Assembly (NCBI GenBank): GCA_048937405.1
Contig: JBHLNF010000002.1
Location: 416,001 to 480,000 of the forward strand
Source of the DNA: Promethearchaeota archaeon
Lineage (GTDB): Archaea > Asgardarchaeota > Lokiarchaeia > Sigyniarchaeales > SOKP01
DNA length: 64,000 nucleotides
Direction of reading: 5' to 3'
Position 1 is the first letter of the stretch. The number at the start of each line of letters is the position of its first letter. The notes below the pieces were generated by a model. The model was given only the letters and a program-made list of their open reading frames with translations, searched no databases and was not told the origin of the DNA. Positions 30,155 to 39,870 of the stretch are shown one piece after another. Made by a program: the position numbers and the translations under genes.

Positions 30155-31078
30155 TTACATTTTAGAAAATTTATTCTTTCTTAATCCAAAATCTTTTAAA
30201 TAAATTTTATATTTTCCTAAATTTCCTCCATAGTTTCCGGCAGAAACTTTGATTAATCCCTCTATTTTTATTATTCCTTCGATAACTCGTAACATTGTCT
30301 TCTTAATTGTATCAAGGTCTAAGGCGTTAAACACAATTTCAGGTATCGAATATACACCATCTGGTACCTTGAATTCTTCAGATGGTATTTTACTTCTCAA
30401 TGTTGGACAATATGGATGATTTGTTGTAGGACCAATTTCAGGAAACTTAGTTTCAATTTTTGATCCTGCCGAACACACATCAAAAATACTGCATACATTG
30501 TCTATTTCTGAAATAATCTTAATAGCTTCTCGTCCTACCTTAATTCCAGAATCAATGGAATCACAAAATAACCATAGATTTCCTCCCATAACGCCTTTAG
30601 AGTAAGCAAGATTATGTTCTATTAAAAAGTCATATCCCATCATAATTGGAACAGAGATCATTTTTCTTTCAAATTTCATTATTACTTCTTCATATGCATC
30701 TCCGCAATGTCCAACATTATTCATCATATCAAAATTCATTTCAGTTTCAAAAGGAAAGTGATCAAAAACCGCCGTGGTAGGAACAACTAAAATTCCTTGT
30801 CTAATACGTTTTCCTAATTGTTCATATAGTTTAGAAATTGCTTTTTTTCCTGTTCCAGTAACCCATAGTTGAACAATAGCGCCGAGTCTCCCATCAATAG
30901 TTTTCTTCTCTGTAAGCCATCTAACAATACCTCCTTCAGCATCTCCAAAAACCGTAGATGGTAAGGCGATAAACGAGTTGACGGCTTTGTTTAAAAACTC
31001 AGCATCTTGAGCTGTAACCATTATTTGACAACATAATCCCTCAAATGCCTCACAATAAGTATCTTCAATAATCACCAT
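30155..31078 (-). CDS. ftr: Formylmethanofuran--tetrahydromethanopterin formyltransferase
   Basis: IEDTYCEAF, PTTAVF, GVMGGN, SAGSK, TTNHPYCPTL, SAGNYGGNLG. Confidence 0.9.
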   Translation of the reverse strand: MVIIEDTYCEAFEGLCCQIMVTAQDAEFLNKAVNSFIALPSTVFGDAEGGIVRWLTEKKTIDGRLGAIVQLWVTGTGKKAISKLYEQLGKRIRQGILVVPTTAVFDHFPFETEMNFDMMNNVGHCGDAYEEVIMKFERKMISVPIMMGYDFLIEHNLAYSKGVMGGNLWLFCDSIDSGIKVGREAIKIISEIDNVCSIFDVCSAGSKIETKFPEIGPTTNHPYCPTLRSKIPSEEFKVPDGVYSIPEIVFNALDLDTIKKTMLRVIEGIIKIEGLIKVSAGNYGGNLGKYKIYLKDFGLRKNKFSKM

Positions 31079-31194
31079 ACTAATCAGATATAGATAATTA
31101 CTGAAAAGATAAATACTTAATATTATCCTATTTACTTATTAAGTCTAAAAAATTTAATAATTTACTAAAAAAAAAATATCAGAAAAGTAATAAA

Positions 31195-32118
31195 ATGCCC
31201 AGAGCAATAATATTTTATGAAATTGATCCTTCATTTGGACCTAATATTATCGCAGAATATTATTTAAAACAAAATGAAAAAATTCTTCCTTCTGTTTTAA
31301 AAGATTTTTCAGATAAGCACATTTCAAAAGGTTTAATTGAAGCAACAATCTTTAATGAAGATAATCGTTATTTTTCAAAAAAAATTAATGCTGAATCTTT
31401 ACATAAAGAAAATCTTTATATTAGCTTTATATTGCAAGAGGGAGAAGATATTGTTTCTTTAAAGAGTATCTTTGAAAATATAGAGAAGAAAACTGTCCAA
31501 AATTATACTGATGATAAGAAAAAGATGAATAAAATTCTTCAAGATGCATTAAATTCAATTTTGAGTCTATTACAGAAATTACAAGAACCAAAAATTATAA
31601 AAGAAACTATTAATGAGAGGACTAAGAAAATGCTTGATGATGGAAAACTAACAGAAGCACGCGATTTGATAGACTTAGGTGAAGATATTCCAAAAAAACT
31701 AGCAGCTGAAGTTAAATTAGCAGGACAATTATTAAATGATGGGTTTTATAGAAAAGCTAAGAAAAGTTATTTAAAAGCAGCCGAATTAGCGGACATTATA
31801 CAAGAAGAAGAAATTGCATCATTTTTAAGAAGTAAGGGGGAACAGGTTGGATTGTTTCCTGACTTGATAAAAGAACGGGAAACTCTAAATAAACAATTAG
31901 AGAAAATTTTCAATGATATTGATATATCTCAATTATTTTTATATAATAATCTTATCGAACCAATAGATAAATTAATTGAGATTTCACATTCATTTGAAGA
32001 TCATGAATTTATAACTGACTTGACGAAACTAAAACAAATTTCTCAGAGAGCTTCTAGATTAGCAAAAGAACTAAATGAAGCAGATAAAAAAATAGAAGAG
32101 ATTTTAAAAAAATTTTAA
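31195..32118 (+). CDS. uDENN/longin-like N-terminal domain + helical repeat protein
   Basis: AIIFYEIDPSFGPNII start resembles NPRL2/DENN-type longin; TPR/MIT-like helices (YRKAKKSYLKAAELA). Confidence 0.55.
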   Translation: MPRAIIFYEIDPSFGPNIIAEYYLKQNEKILPSVLKDFSDKHISKGLIEATIFNEDNRYFSKKINAESLHKENLYISFILQEGEDIVSLKSIFENIEKKTVQNYTDDKKKMNKILQDALNSILSLLQKLQEPKIIKETINERTKKMLDDGKLTEARDLIDLGEDIPKKLAAEVKLAGQLLNDGFYRKAKKSYLKAAELADIIQEEEIASFLRSKGEQVGLFPDLIKERETLNKQLEKIFNDIDISQLFLYNNLIEPIDKLIEISHSFEDHEFITDLTKLKQISQRASRLAKELNEADKKIEEILKKF

Positions 32119-32140
32119 GTTTGTAAATTTATTTAGGTGT

Positions 32141-33949
32141 TTATCCATCTGAAGGAGAATTTTCCTCGAGTGGTGGTTGATATTCTCCAATATCCTTAAA
32201 AATTATTTTACAAATATCCCAGCCCTCTTTCGGTGGATATTTTAATGCATTCTCGATTAACTTTTCTCCAATCTCATTATTTATTTCTACTTTATGGATA
32301 TCAGGATTGTCTTTAAGAATCATTTCATATTTTGCTCCCCCAGTTCCCGAAGGTACGATTAATAGACCTGAATCAATTGCTCTTTCGGTCATAGCATCTT
32401 TTAATCTTTTAGCAGCATAATATCCAGCAACTCCAGCACTTCTATCAAAAGTTTTAATAGATGGTATTTCTAAACCCCATTTCTTGCCTTCAGCTTCAAT
32501 TGCAGCAGCTAAAGTTTGTGATCTTTTACCAAGTTTAAATTTAAACTCCATCTGTGTTTTGAATTTTTTCTTTTTTTCTCCTCCAACCATCTCTATATAT
32601 TTTAAAGTAGCACCAGCTACAGATTGAGGATTAACATCAATTGAATATTCTTCCTCTGCGAGAATATCATCGATTGTCTTCTTAATGACCTCTCTTGGTT
32701 TAGAAAAATCAACAATTTCTTCAGCTTCTACTTGAGGTGTTGCTGTAGCAACCATATCAACTCCAACTTCCAATAATTGATCAACAGTCATTTCTTCCAT
32801 AACTACTTTATCTATGAATCTTCTACAAAGTTTAATTGAATTTCGAGGGTTCCCTTGTGTTTTTTCAAATATTAATTCAATTAATTTTTCATTTAATGGA
32901 AAAAGCGGATATAAGGGGGGATTCAAGTTATTGTCTTCCCAGAAAGCTTCCATTGATTTTGAGAAAAAAATCTTTAAGTCATTTAAACTAAATGGTCTTA
33001 ATTCTTGTTCAGGCTCCATACGGGATCTTAATGGAGCATCTGCTATCTCTATAATTCTAGGCCAGATTTCCTTCAGGACAGCAATAGTAATGACTAATCC
33101 TTTAACCTCATTATAGAGTCTTTTCAATATTTCAAGAAATTTTCTTTCGGCAGATTCACCAAACATTCTAAATGGGGACTCTAATTCATCAAAATAAAGA
33201 ATAAGCACTTTGTCTAAGTTTTCTGTAACAATTTTAATCAGAGCAAGACATACATCATCCTCTTCGACTACAGAATTAATTCCTAGTTCACTTAACTCCT
33301 CATCTTCTAGATCTTCACCGAGAAGCCACCTTTCAGCAAGAGCTTTCTTATTTTTATCTAATTGATAAGTCACTAAAGCTTTTACACAATCAGCAAATAC
33401 ACCAGGAAATTCTCTTATCCCCTTCTGAATTACTTCTTCAATCTTTGGTTTTTGGAAAACACCTTTTTTAAGACCACCCCATTTTCTTAATAATTTCTCA
33501 GAAACAACATCAAGCAATCCTGCACCAAGTTCCTCAATAATACAGGTATAAACATGAAGTAGAACACGTATACTAGCGGGAGGGCTTGGAACATATACAA
33601 TTGTCCAATCAGCAGAAGTTGATACTTTACCAGCGTCAACTTCCTCTAATTCAGTATCAGTTTCCAATTTCTTTTTGTTTTCACGTTCTTTATCTTTAAA
33701 TGAGTGATAGGCATGTGTTTTACCTGTTCCTGCAGAACCAAGGATTGGAATTAATCTTGAACTTCGATCCCGATATGTTTGTTGCACAAGTCTATATACT
33801 TCTCTGTCTATATGGCTTCTTGGACGTGCAATATCAACTTTGTCAGGAATATCCCCTCTAGATGCGAATTTTGAGAAAGGTAATATTGGAGCTTCTCTTA
33901 AAACATCCAAATACATCTCTTTATCATCATCAGAAAGTTCAGAATACAT
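32141..33949 (-). CDS. AAA+/P-loop NTPase (possibly BrxD/DUF2791-like)
   Basis: Walker A GSAGTGKT, Walker B LYFDELE, LRSR arginine-finger region, GNPR sensor-2. Confidence 0.75.
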   Translation of the reverse strand: MYSELSDDDKEMYLDVLREAPILPFSKFASRGDIPDKVDIARPRSHIDREVYRLVQQTYRDRSSRLIPILGSAGTGKTHAYHSFKDKERENKKKLETDTELEEVDAGKVSTSADWTIVYVPSPPASIRVLLHVYTCIIEELGAGLLDVVSEKLLRKWGGLKKGVFQKPKIEEVIQKGIREFPGVFADCVKALVTYQLDKNKKALAERWLLGEDLEDEELSELGINSVVEEDDVCLALIKIVTENLDKVLILYFDELESPFRMFGESAERKFLEILKRLYNEVKGLVITIAVLKEIWPRIIEIADAPLRSRMEPEQELRPFSLNDLKIFFSKSMEAFWEDNNLNPPLYPLFPLNEKLIELIFEKTQGNPRNSIKLCRRFIDKVVMEEMTVDQLLEVGVDMVATATPQVEAEEIVDFSKPREVIKKTIDDILAEEEYSIDVNPQSVAGATLKYIEMVGGEKKKKFKTQMEFKFKLGKRSQTLAAAIEAEGKKWGLEIPSIKTFDRSAGVAGYYAAKRLKDAMTERAIDSGLLIVPSGTGGAKYEMILKDNPDIHKVEINNEIGEKLIENALKYPPKEGWDICKIIFKDIGEYQPPLEENSPSDG

Positions 33950-34137
33950 TTTAATCTCCTATCCAGTTTTTACTTTTTGATAAATAAGTTTTTATGTGGA
34001 ATAGATTTATTAATTCAAACAATTTTTTCTAGAATATAAGCTAATTAGTATTTAGCTGTTATAATATTTAATTAAAAATATTGCCTATTAAATTTATTTG
34101 ATAGTATAATGTTTATTGCATTTAAGGAGGAACAAAT

Positions 34138-34800
34138 ATGCCGAAAAAAAATAATGATGAAAATGAAGATGAGAAAGAAGAAAAAAAAGACACTTTTGAT
34201 TTTTATAAGTTTTTTGAGGATCCTCAAAAATTTTTCAGTGATCCAAATAAATTCTTACTAGATCCTAATAAAATATTTCAATCCAAGCAATTTCGACACA
34301 TGTTTAAAGATATATTTGAAAGAATCATGAAAAATTTGCCTCCAGAATTTCAAAATCTTTCTCCTGAGGAGATAATGAGGGAATTTAAAAAGAATCAGTC
34401 TAAGTTTGGATTTCCGATAATGTATGGATTCAATATTAATCTTGGTCCTGATGGTCCAACCATAGATTCTTTTGGTAATGTTAAACCTAAACCATATTCT
34501 GGAGAACCTGAAGTTAAAAAAGTTAGAGAACCATTAACTGAAGTAAGTGAGCAAGATGACAATATAATAATAATATGTGAGATGCCTGGAGTCACAAGGG
34601 AAGAGATTGAGATAAAAGCTACTACAAGATCATTAACAATCTCTACGGAATCTAAGGATAAAGGACGCAATTATTATAAAGAAATTGAGCTACCTTCCCC
34701 AATTAATTCAGATTATGCACGGGCAAGATATACTAATGGAATTTTGGAAGTGAAATTGAAAAAAATTGATGAAAAACAAACAAATATTAAGATTGAATAA
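34138..34800 (+). CDS. hsp20: Small heat shock protein (archaeal Hsp20)
   Basis: GF.I.LGPDG..FGN, REPL.EV, EMPGV, ARYTNGILEVKL, C-terminal IKIE. Confidence 0.92.
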   Translation: MPKKNNDENEDEKEEKKDTFDFYKFFEDPQKFFSDPNKFLLDPNKIFQSKQFRHMFKDIFERIMKNLPPEFQNLSPEEIMREFKKNQSKFGFPIMYGFNINLGPDGPTIDSFGNVKPKPYSGEPEVKKVREPLTEVSEQDDNIIIICEMPGVTREEIEIKATTRSLTISTESKDKGRNYYKEIELPSPINSDYARARYTNGILEVKLKKIDEKQTNIKIE

Positions 34801-34944
34801 TTAATCTTAGATTAATCTGATTGAATATTATCTTTTTTAGGTTATATCTTTTTAAAATCGAAATCTATTTTCACATCTTTCTACAAAAACTATATTAATT
34901 GCTTTATCAAATTAGATTATAATTAATTTAAATTTGAAAAAGAA

Positions 34945-35988
34945 ATGGCGGAAAAAGGAGAATTTTTATCTAGAAAGGCTTTAATAATAATTGGAATTAC
35001 CTGGATAGCAATATTAATAATTGGTCTGATTTCATTAATCCCTGAGGTAAATGAAGCGTTTTATAGCGACAATTCTACTATTAGGGCAATATTTAATGCT
35101 ATTACTTATCTTGGCGAACCGATTGTTTTTGTAGTGATCATTTCAATGTTATACATAGTGTATAATAAGAAATTTGCGAAGACTTTAACTTTAAGTCTAA
35201 TATTATCATATTATTTAAATGGAATCGTAAAGGAAATTTTTCAAGATGCAAGACCAGACACTAATATAGACCCAACGGAAGAGTTGGGTGTTATTGAATC
35301 ATCTTATGGCTTTCCTTCAGCGCATACTCAAAATGCGGTTGCATTTTGGGGATATAGTTCTTATGAATTTAAAGATAGAAAGAAGTATCAGGAAATTCCA
35401 ATTATTCCTGTTGTTTTTTCTGTTATCATTTTTCTTGTCTCAATTTCACGGATAATAATCGGTACACATGATTTACAGGATATTATCGGAGGATTACTGT
35501 TGGGTATAGGTTTCTTATTAGTATTCATCTATTTAGAACCAACTATGACTTCACAGTTTAATAAACTTAGCTTTAATGGGAAAATTATTTTAACAGTACT
35601 TGTTTCTTTAGCATTTTTACTAATAGGAACATTATTATTTCCTAGAGCATATGTAGAATTAGCACGTCAAAATGAACCCCCAGATTATCCAGATGCTGGA
35701 GCTTTTAGCTTAGTAGGAGGTGTTATATTAGGTTTCGGTGTTGGCTATCTGCTAGAACAGGAGTACGTGAAATATAATCCTTCAGCACTTACAATTAAAA
35801 AGAAAATACTTAACTTAATAATTAGTTTAATTATTATTTTTATCGTATTTTTACCACTTGAATATCTAATAGAGATTGATAGTGCTTTTTATAGATTCTT
35901 TAAATACGGTCTAACAGCGTTTACAATAGCTTTTGTCTGTCCACTGATTTGCACAAAAATCGATTTAAAATCGAAAATAACTAAATAA
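34945..35988 (+). CDS. PAP2 family membrane phosphatase
   Basis: K..FQDARP, FPSAH, SRIIIGTHD. Confidence 0.9.
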   Translation: MAEKGEFLSRKALIIIGITWIAILIIGLISLIPEVNEAFYSDNSTIRAIFNAITYLGEPIVFVVIISMLYIVYNKKFAKTLTLSLILSYYLNGIVKEIFQDARPDTNIDPTEELGVIESSYGFPSAHTQNAVAFWGYSSYEFKDRKKYQEIPIIPVVFSVIIFLVSISRIIIGTHDLQDIIGGLLLGIGFLLVFIYLEPTMTSQFNKLSFNGKIILTVLVSLAFLLIGTLLFPRAYVELARQNEPPDYPDAGAFSLVGGVILGFGVGYLLEQEYVKYNPSALTIKKKILNLIISLIIIFIVFLPLEYLIEIDSAFYRFFKYGLTAFTIAFVCPLICTKIDLKSKITK

Positions 35989-36310
35989 TTATTTTTTTTA
36001 ATTATTTCCTATCAAGAGATTAAATCCTAATTTAATGCTACTTCTACTGTCCTTCTAGCGAATTCTTTTATGAGAATTCGATTTACTAAAATTTTATCGC
36101 CCTCTTTTATCTGATTATGGGGAGTCACAATTTGATTTATATAAATATCGTCCCTAATCGGATGTGGCACAACTTCCTCCAAAATCATATTAATTTTGTG
36201 AAAAATTTGTCCAATATAAAATTTCCTATTTATCAATTAACAAAAAGGAATTTTTATCCTTTGGTAATGAATATCTAGAGTTTCATAGAGCAGAAATATA
36301 TCTGTAATAC

Positions 36311-36763
36311 TCAAAACAAACTTAAATATGATTCAACTTTCTCTTTTCCTTCAGGATTTTTAATACATTCAAGAATTATCTTCGACAATTCCTTTTTTTT
36401 TTTAAAATATATTTCCATTATCTCTTCCATTGTGTTTTCGGGATATCTTTCCGCTAAGGCAACATCTCTCCTTGGGCATCCATTGCGACGCATACAACAA
36501 TAGGAAAGTGACCCAAAGCATACTACTTCTGAATCCCAATTATTTTCCTTCGAAAAGTTTTCTTTAATTTTTATAAATTCTTCAGAGCTCAGCCCTAGCT
36601 CATTCAATACTTCATCTCTCTTGCATTTAAAAATATATGTCAGAGAATACCCTGGTTTGCAACAAAATGTTAAAGCACGGTAATCCCCTCCCATACATAA
36701 GGGTACTGGTGCGTTTCTTTCCCATCCTGGTAAGTCTCTAATTTTGTCTTCGTTTAACTTCAA
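36311..36763 (-). CDS. Methanogenesis marker 9-like Cys-rich domain protein
   Basis: WERNAP..LCMGGDYRALTFCCKP, CFGSLSYCC..CP.RD. Confidence 0.75.
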   Translation of the reverse strand: MKLNEDKIRDLPGWERNAPVPLCMGGDYRALTFCCKPGYSLTYIFKCKRDEVLNELGLSSEEFIKIKENFSKENNWDSEVVCFGSLSYCCMRRNGCPRRDVALAERYPENTMEEIMEIYFKKKKELSKIILECIKNPEGKEKVESYLSLF

Positions 36764-36817
36764 TATAAGCCAATTAATTCCAATATTATCTAAAAATTAA
36801 TATGATGATTATAAGAG

Positions 36818-36946
36818 GGCTCGGTACGGGAATTGAACCCGTCTTTCCCCAGCAAAAGAATATATCTTAGACTTCTAGGGATTCACATTAGGGTCTCTAT
36901 AAGAAATAGAAACGTCCCCAATACTAACCACTATACAAACCGAGCC
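36818..36946 (-). tRNA. tRNA-His(GUG) with two introns (32/33: 36913-36888; 45/46: 36874-36845)
   Basis: Spliced product G GCTCGGT TT GTAT AGTGGTTA GTAT T GGGGA CTGTGAA TCCCT AGAG ACGGG TTCAATT CCCGT ACCGAGC C folds into a cloverleaf with encoded G-1:C73. Both junction pairs form a 4-bp helix flanked by 3-nt bulges. No CCA is encoded. Confidence 0.85.
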
Positions 36947-37201
36947 ACATTTTCTAAAATTTGTTAATAAAAACTAATAAATAATACTAAAAAAATTTTC
37001 TTCTTTAAATCTTGAAAAATATATTTGAATCAAAAAAGTTAATATTATTTTAAGAGAATGCTTGAAATAATCACTTTAAGATCCTTAAGAGTGCTAACGA
37101 GGGAGCCCAAGAGTTAACAAAAAAAAATTAAAAGGATTTTATAGTTTTTTTAAACTTTTTCTTTTATATTAAGCTTTCAGCCAAACTCTTTGGAGTTAAA
37201 A

Positions 37202-37861
37202 TTAACTTGCAACGAATTCAATAGAGAACTGATTGAGATCTGGAGATTGATAAAGATAAAATGGATCACTTGGGTCTGAAGTTACCCTCATCTCTATATA
37301 GTCATTCCCATCACTTAGAACATAACCACTTGCATGAACTTGATACCACGTTTGTATAGAAGAGGGAGTCCTATAACTGACCATAATAAAATCAAAATTC
37401 CCGTTTTTACGAAGTTCTAATTCATATTTGTAAGGCGTGGTTAAATCGTGCAATTGCATAGTAATTTGTATTCTATACCATCCTGCTTTAATTAAAGTTA
37501 ACCTTATACCTGTGCGAGTGACAGTGATATAGCTTGAATCGTTGTAAGAATTATCTATAAGTTCAACAAGCCAATCGGTTGTTAAAGTATATGGAGCATA
37601 ATCGGTATTTTCGTCGAGGTTATCCCATATTCCTACTAGCTTCTCTCCTGAATCTCTAGATTGGGTCGAAATTATAGGTTGGATCGAAATGAAGATGTAT
37701 ATACTTAATCCAAGGGCAATAATGCTTATAATTCCAAAAATAATTGTACCTGTATTTTTTGACATAAGAATCTCACAAAATTTTATTTTAAAATTAATTT
37801 CTTTACATTTAAAACTTACCTGTATTGTAATAATTAAATTGAAAAAAATCCATTGAACCAC
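37202..37861 (-). CDS. Membrane-anchored hypothetical protein (beta-sandwich-like); true start probably the internal MSKNTG
   Basis: Signal-anchor helix followed by a beta-rich domain (AGWYRIQIT...DYIEMRV). Confidence 0.55.
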   Translation of the reverse strand: MVQWIFFNLIITIQVSFKCKEINFKIKFCEILMSKNTGTIIFGIISIIALGLSIYIFISIQPIISTQSRDSGEKLVGIWDNLDENTDYAPYTLTTDWLVELIDNSYNDSSYITVTRTGIRLTLIKAGWYRIQITMQLHDLTTPYKYELELRKNGNFDFIMVSYRTPSSIQTWYQVHASGYVLSDGNDYIEMRVTSDPSDPFYLYQSPDLNQFSIEFVAS

Positions 37862-38074
37862 GAGGATATAATTACTTAATATGTCTTACTAAAAATTCCT
37901 TAATTTTTTCTATTAACTCATCTCTATATTCAAGACGCGACCATTCTTCAGCTTTGAATAGGTTCAGGCTTAGAGTGTAAGGGTTTTTTGCTTAAATGGA
38001 GTGGTAGGTTTTGAGATGAGAAGGGAGGGAGTATTTTTTTGAATGTAGATTTTATTTCTTCTTTATCAGATTTT

Positions 38075-38123
38075 TTGGAAAAGTCAATTCAGAGTCTGAT
38101 TTCAATGAAAATTCATTTGAAAA
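38075..38123. repeat. 49-bp imperfect direct repeat, copy A
   Basis: Matches 41061-41109 at 41 of 49 positions without gaps (manual alignment). Confidence 0.7.
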
Positions 38124-38496
38124 GAGATTCAATAATTCAATTAAGTTCAGTGGTTTAAATTTGAAATTTTTTGTTAGATAACAATTCATTATTTCTACAA
38201 TAGCTTTAAATTTTGTGTCAATATTCTCGAAATAATTTTCTTTCAACTTATTTATATATATATATAAAATTAATTTCAAGCCAAAATGGTTTTGTAACTA
38301 AGGGATTTAGGATGGAGGAGATCTGATAAGTCTTACGGAGATTTGGGAAGAGAAGCAATGCATCTTCATTTTTTTGCATTTTTAGCAATCTTATAAACAT
38401 CAACTAATTTATTAAAAGAATAATTCAAACTCTTTTTGTGTAAATTGGAATTTTTAAAAAAATTCTTCTCCCCCTTTCTATATAAAAAGAATTTAG

Positions 38497-39843
38497 CTAT
38501 TCAACAATTTTTATAAATTTTTTTATAGTAGGTTCTAAATAATTATACCAATGCTTACAAGCATTGTTCTTAAAAAAACTTTCTTTATTAAAAGTATGCT
38601 TTGGACAACCTCCCATACAAATTGGCAAATAGCGACAAATAACACATTGTTCATTCTCAAAAATATTATATTTTGTCCATTTTTTATAAATAGGATGTTC
38701 CCAATAAGGTTCCCATATAAATCCACCACTTAATTGAAGATTGTCAATCTCAAGTCCACAATTAAATATTTTCCCTGAAGGGTGAACGCATACTGACCAT
38801 TCTGAAATAGCTCCACAGGGTTTTTGGAAAATTTTAGGATATTCGAATATCTCTTTTGGATTGATATCAGAAAACCTTTTACACAATTCTTGTTGAAATT
38901 TCAGAACATAAAAATACCAATCTTTAGGATCAATTGCTCTTTCGCATGTATTTAGACAATTTGGGGTAAGAGGTCCGATCATTGCTATATAAGGTCTTAT
39001 ATTTTTTTTAATTTTTAAAATTCCATATTTTTCCATTTTGTCTAAAAATTCAAAAGCTTTCTTTATTGAATAACGATCAACATTGATCCTAAGATTTATG
39101 ATAAATCTTTTTGAAGCTTTTTTTATTCCACGAATAACATCTTCAAATGATGCAGTCCCATCAATATAGGGTCTGTTTAAATTATGTATTTCTGGAAGAC
39201 CATCAAGTGTAATTTGAATTCTTTTAATGCAAATTTTTGAGAGAATTTTTACTGTCTTTGAATTTAAAAGCGTACCATTTGAGACCAAGGATGCTTCATA
39301 AAAAATATTATTTTCTTTAACTAAATTCATTATATTTCTTGAAAGATTTTTTATTAAACCTAATTTTAATAAAGGTTCGCCACCATACCATTCTACTTTA
39401 AGTACCTTTATATTCTGGGATTTAATTCTTCTTTTTATCTCCTTTATTATTGCTCTACATACTTCTTGACTCATAGATATATCTAAATGTCTCTGATAAC
39501 AATATGTACATCTTAAATTACAATTAAGCGTAGGAATAATGGTTAAATAGAAGGTCTTGGGATTAGGAGGAGAAAAAAACCTTTTTTTAATTATATTCAA
39601 TTCGCTAATGTTTTCAAGTACAATAAATCCTCCATTAATCAATAGTTTTGCAATTTTTTTAATATGTATGGGGATATCATTCAATTCAAAACAATTATTA
39701 GTAAGTTCTTCTACAATATTCTTTATATTTTTGGGGATGCGTAGAAGACCACCCTGCAAACTATTGAATAGATACGATGTATCACTTTCACCAAATCTAA
39801 TCCAAAAGTTATAATTTGAACTAATATAAGTCATTCTTTCCAA
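38497..39843 (-). CDS. Radical SAM/SPASM domain peptide maturase
   Basis: CNLRCTYC; WYGGEPLL; seven-Cys SPASM pattern (CGA..G.IFNC...CVIC..IC.GGC...C); N-terminal RRE/PqqD-like extension (SNYN..YLFNSLQG). Confidence 0.9.
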   Translation of the reverse strand: MERMTYISSNYNFWIRFGESDTSYLFNSLQGGLLRIPKNIKNIVEELTNNCFELNDIPIHIKKIAKLLINGGFIVLENISELNIIKKRFFSPPNPKTFYLTIIPTLNCNLRCTYCYQRHLDISMSQEVCRAIIKEIKRRIKSQNIKVLKVEWYGGEPLLKLGLIKNLSRNIMNLVKENNIFYEASLVSNGTLLNSKTVKILSKICIKRIQITLDGLPEIHNLNRPYIDGTASFEDVIRGIKKASKRFIINLRINVDRYSIKKAFEFLDKMEKYGILKIKKNIRPYIAMIGPLTPNCLNTCERAIDPKDWYFYVLKFQQELCKRFSDINPKEIFEYPKIFQKPCGAISEWSVCVHPSGKIFNCGLEIDNLQLSGGFIWEPYWEHPIYKKWTKYNIFENEQCVICRYLPICMGGCPKHTFNKESFFKNNACKHWYNYLEPTIKKFIKIVE

Positions 39844-39870
39844 TGCATCAATTATATTTAGAGATATTAT

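Noticed and set aside
34800-34816. Palindrome ATTAATCT-T-AGATTAAT after hsp20
   Set aside because: A single AT-rich occurrence that is plausible by chance, with no supporting context.
36027-36236. 69-aa ORF downstream of the MM9-like gene
   Set aside because: No recognisable motif or RBS; it could be a gene remnant but cannot be supported.
36818-36946. Y-RNA/tmRNA-like tRNA mimic
   Set aside because: Removing two BHB-bounded segments gives a complete His cloverleaf with a GUG anticodon and G-1:C73, which is the simpler explanation.
38052-38279. 75-aa ORF
   Set aside because: Low-complexity and AT-rich, with no motif; it overlaps repeat copy A and is probably spurious or a remnant.
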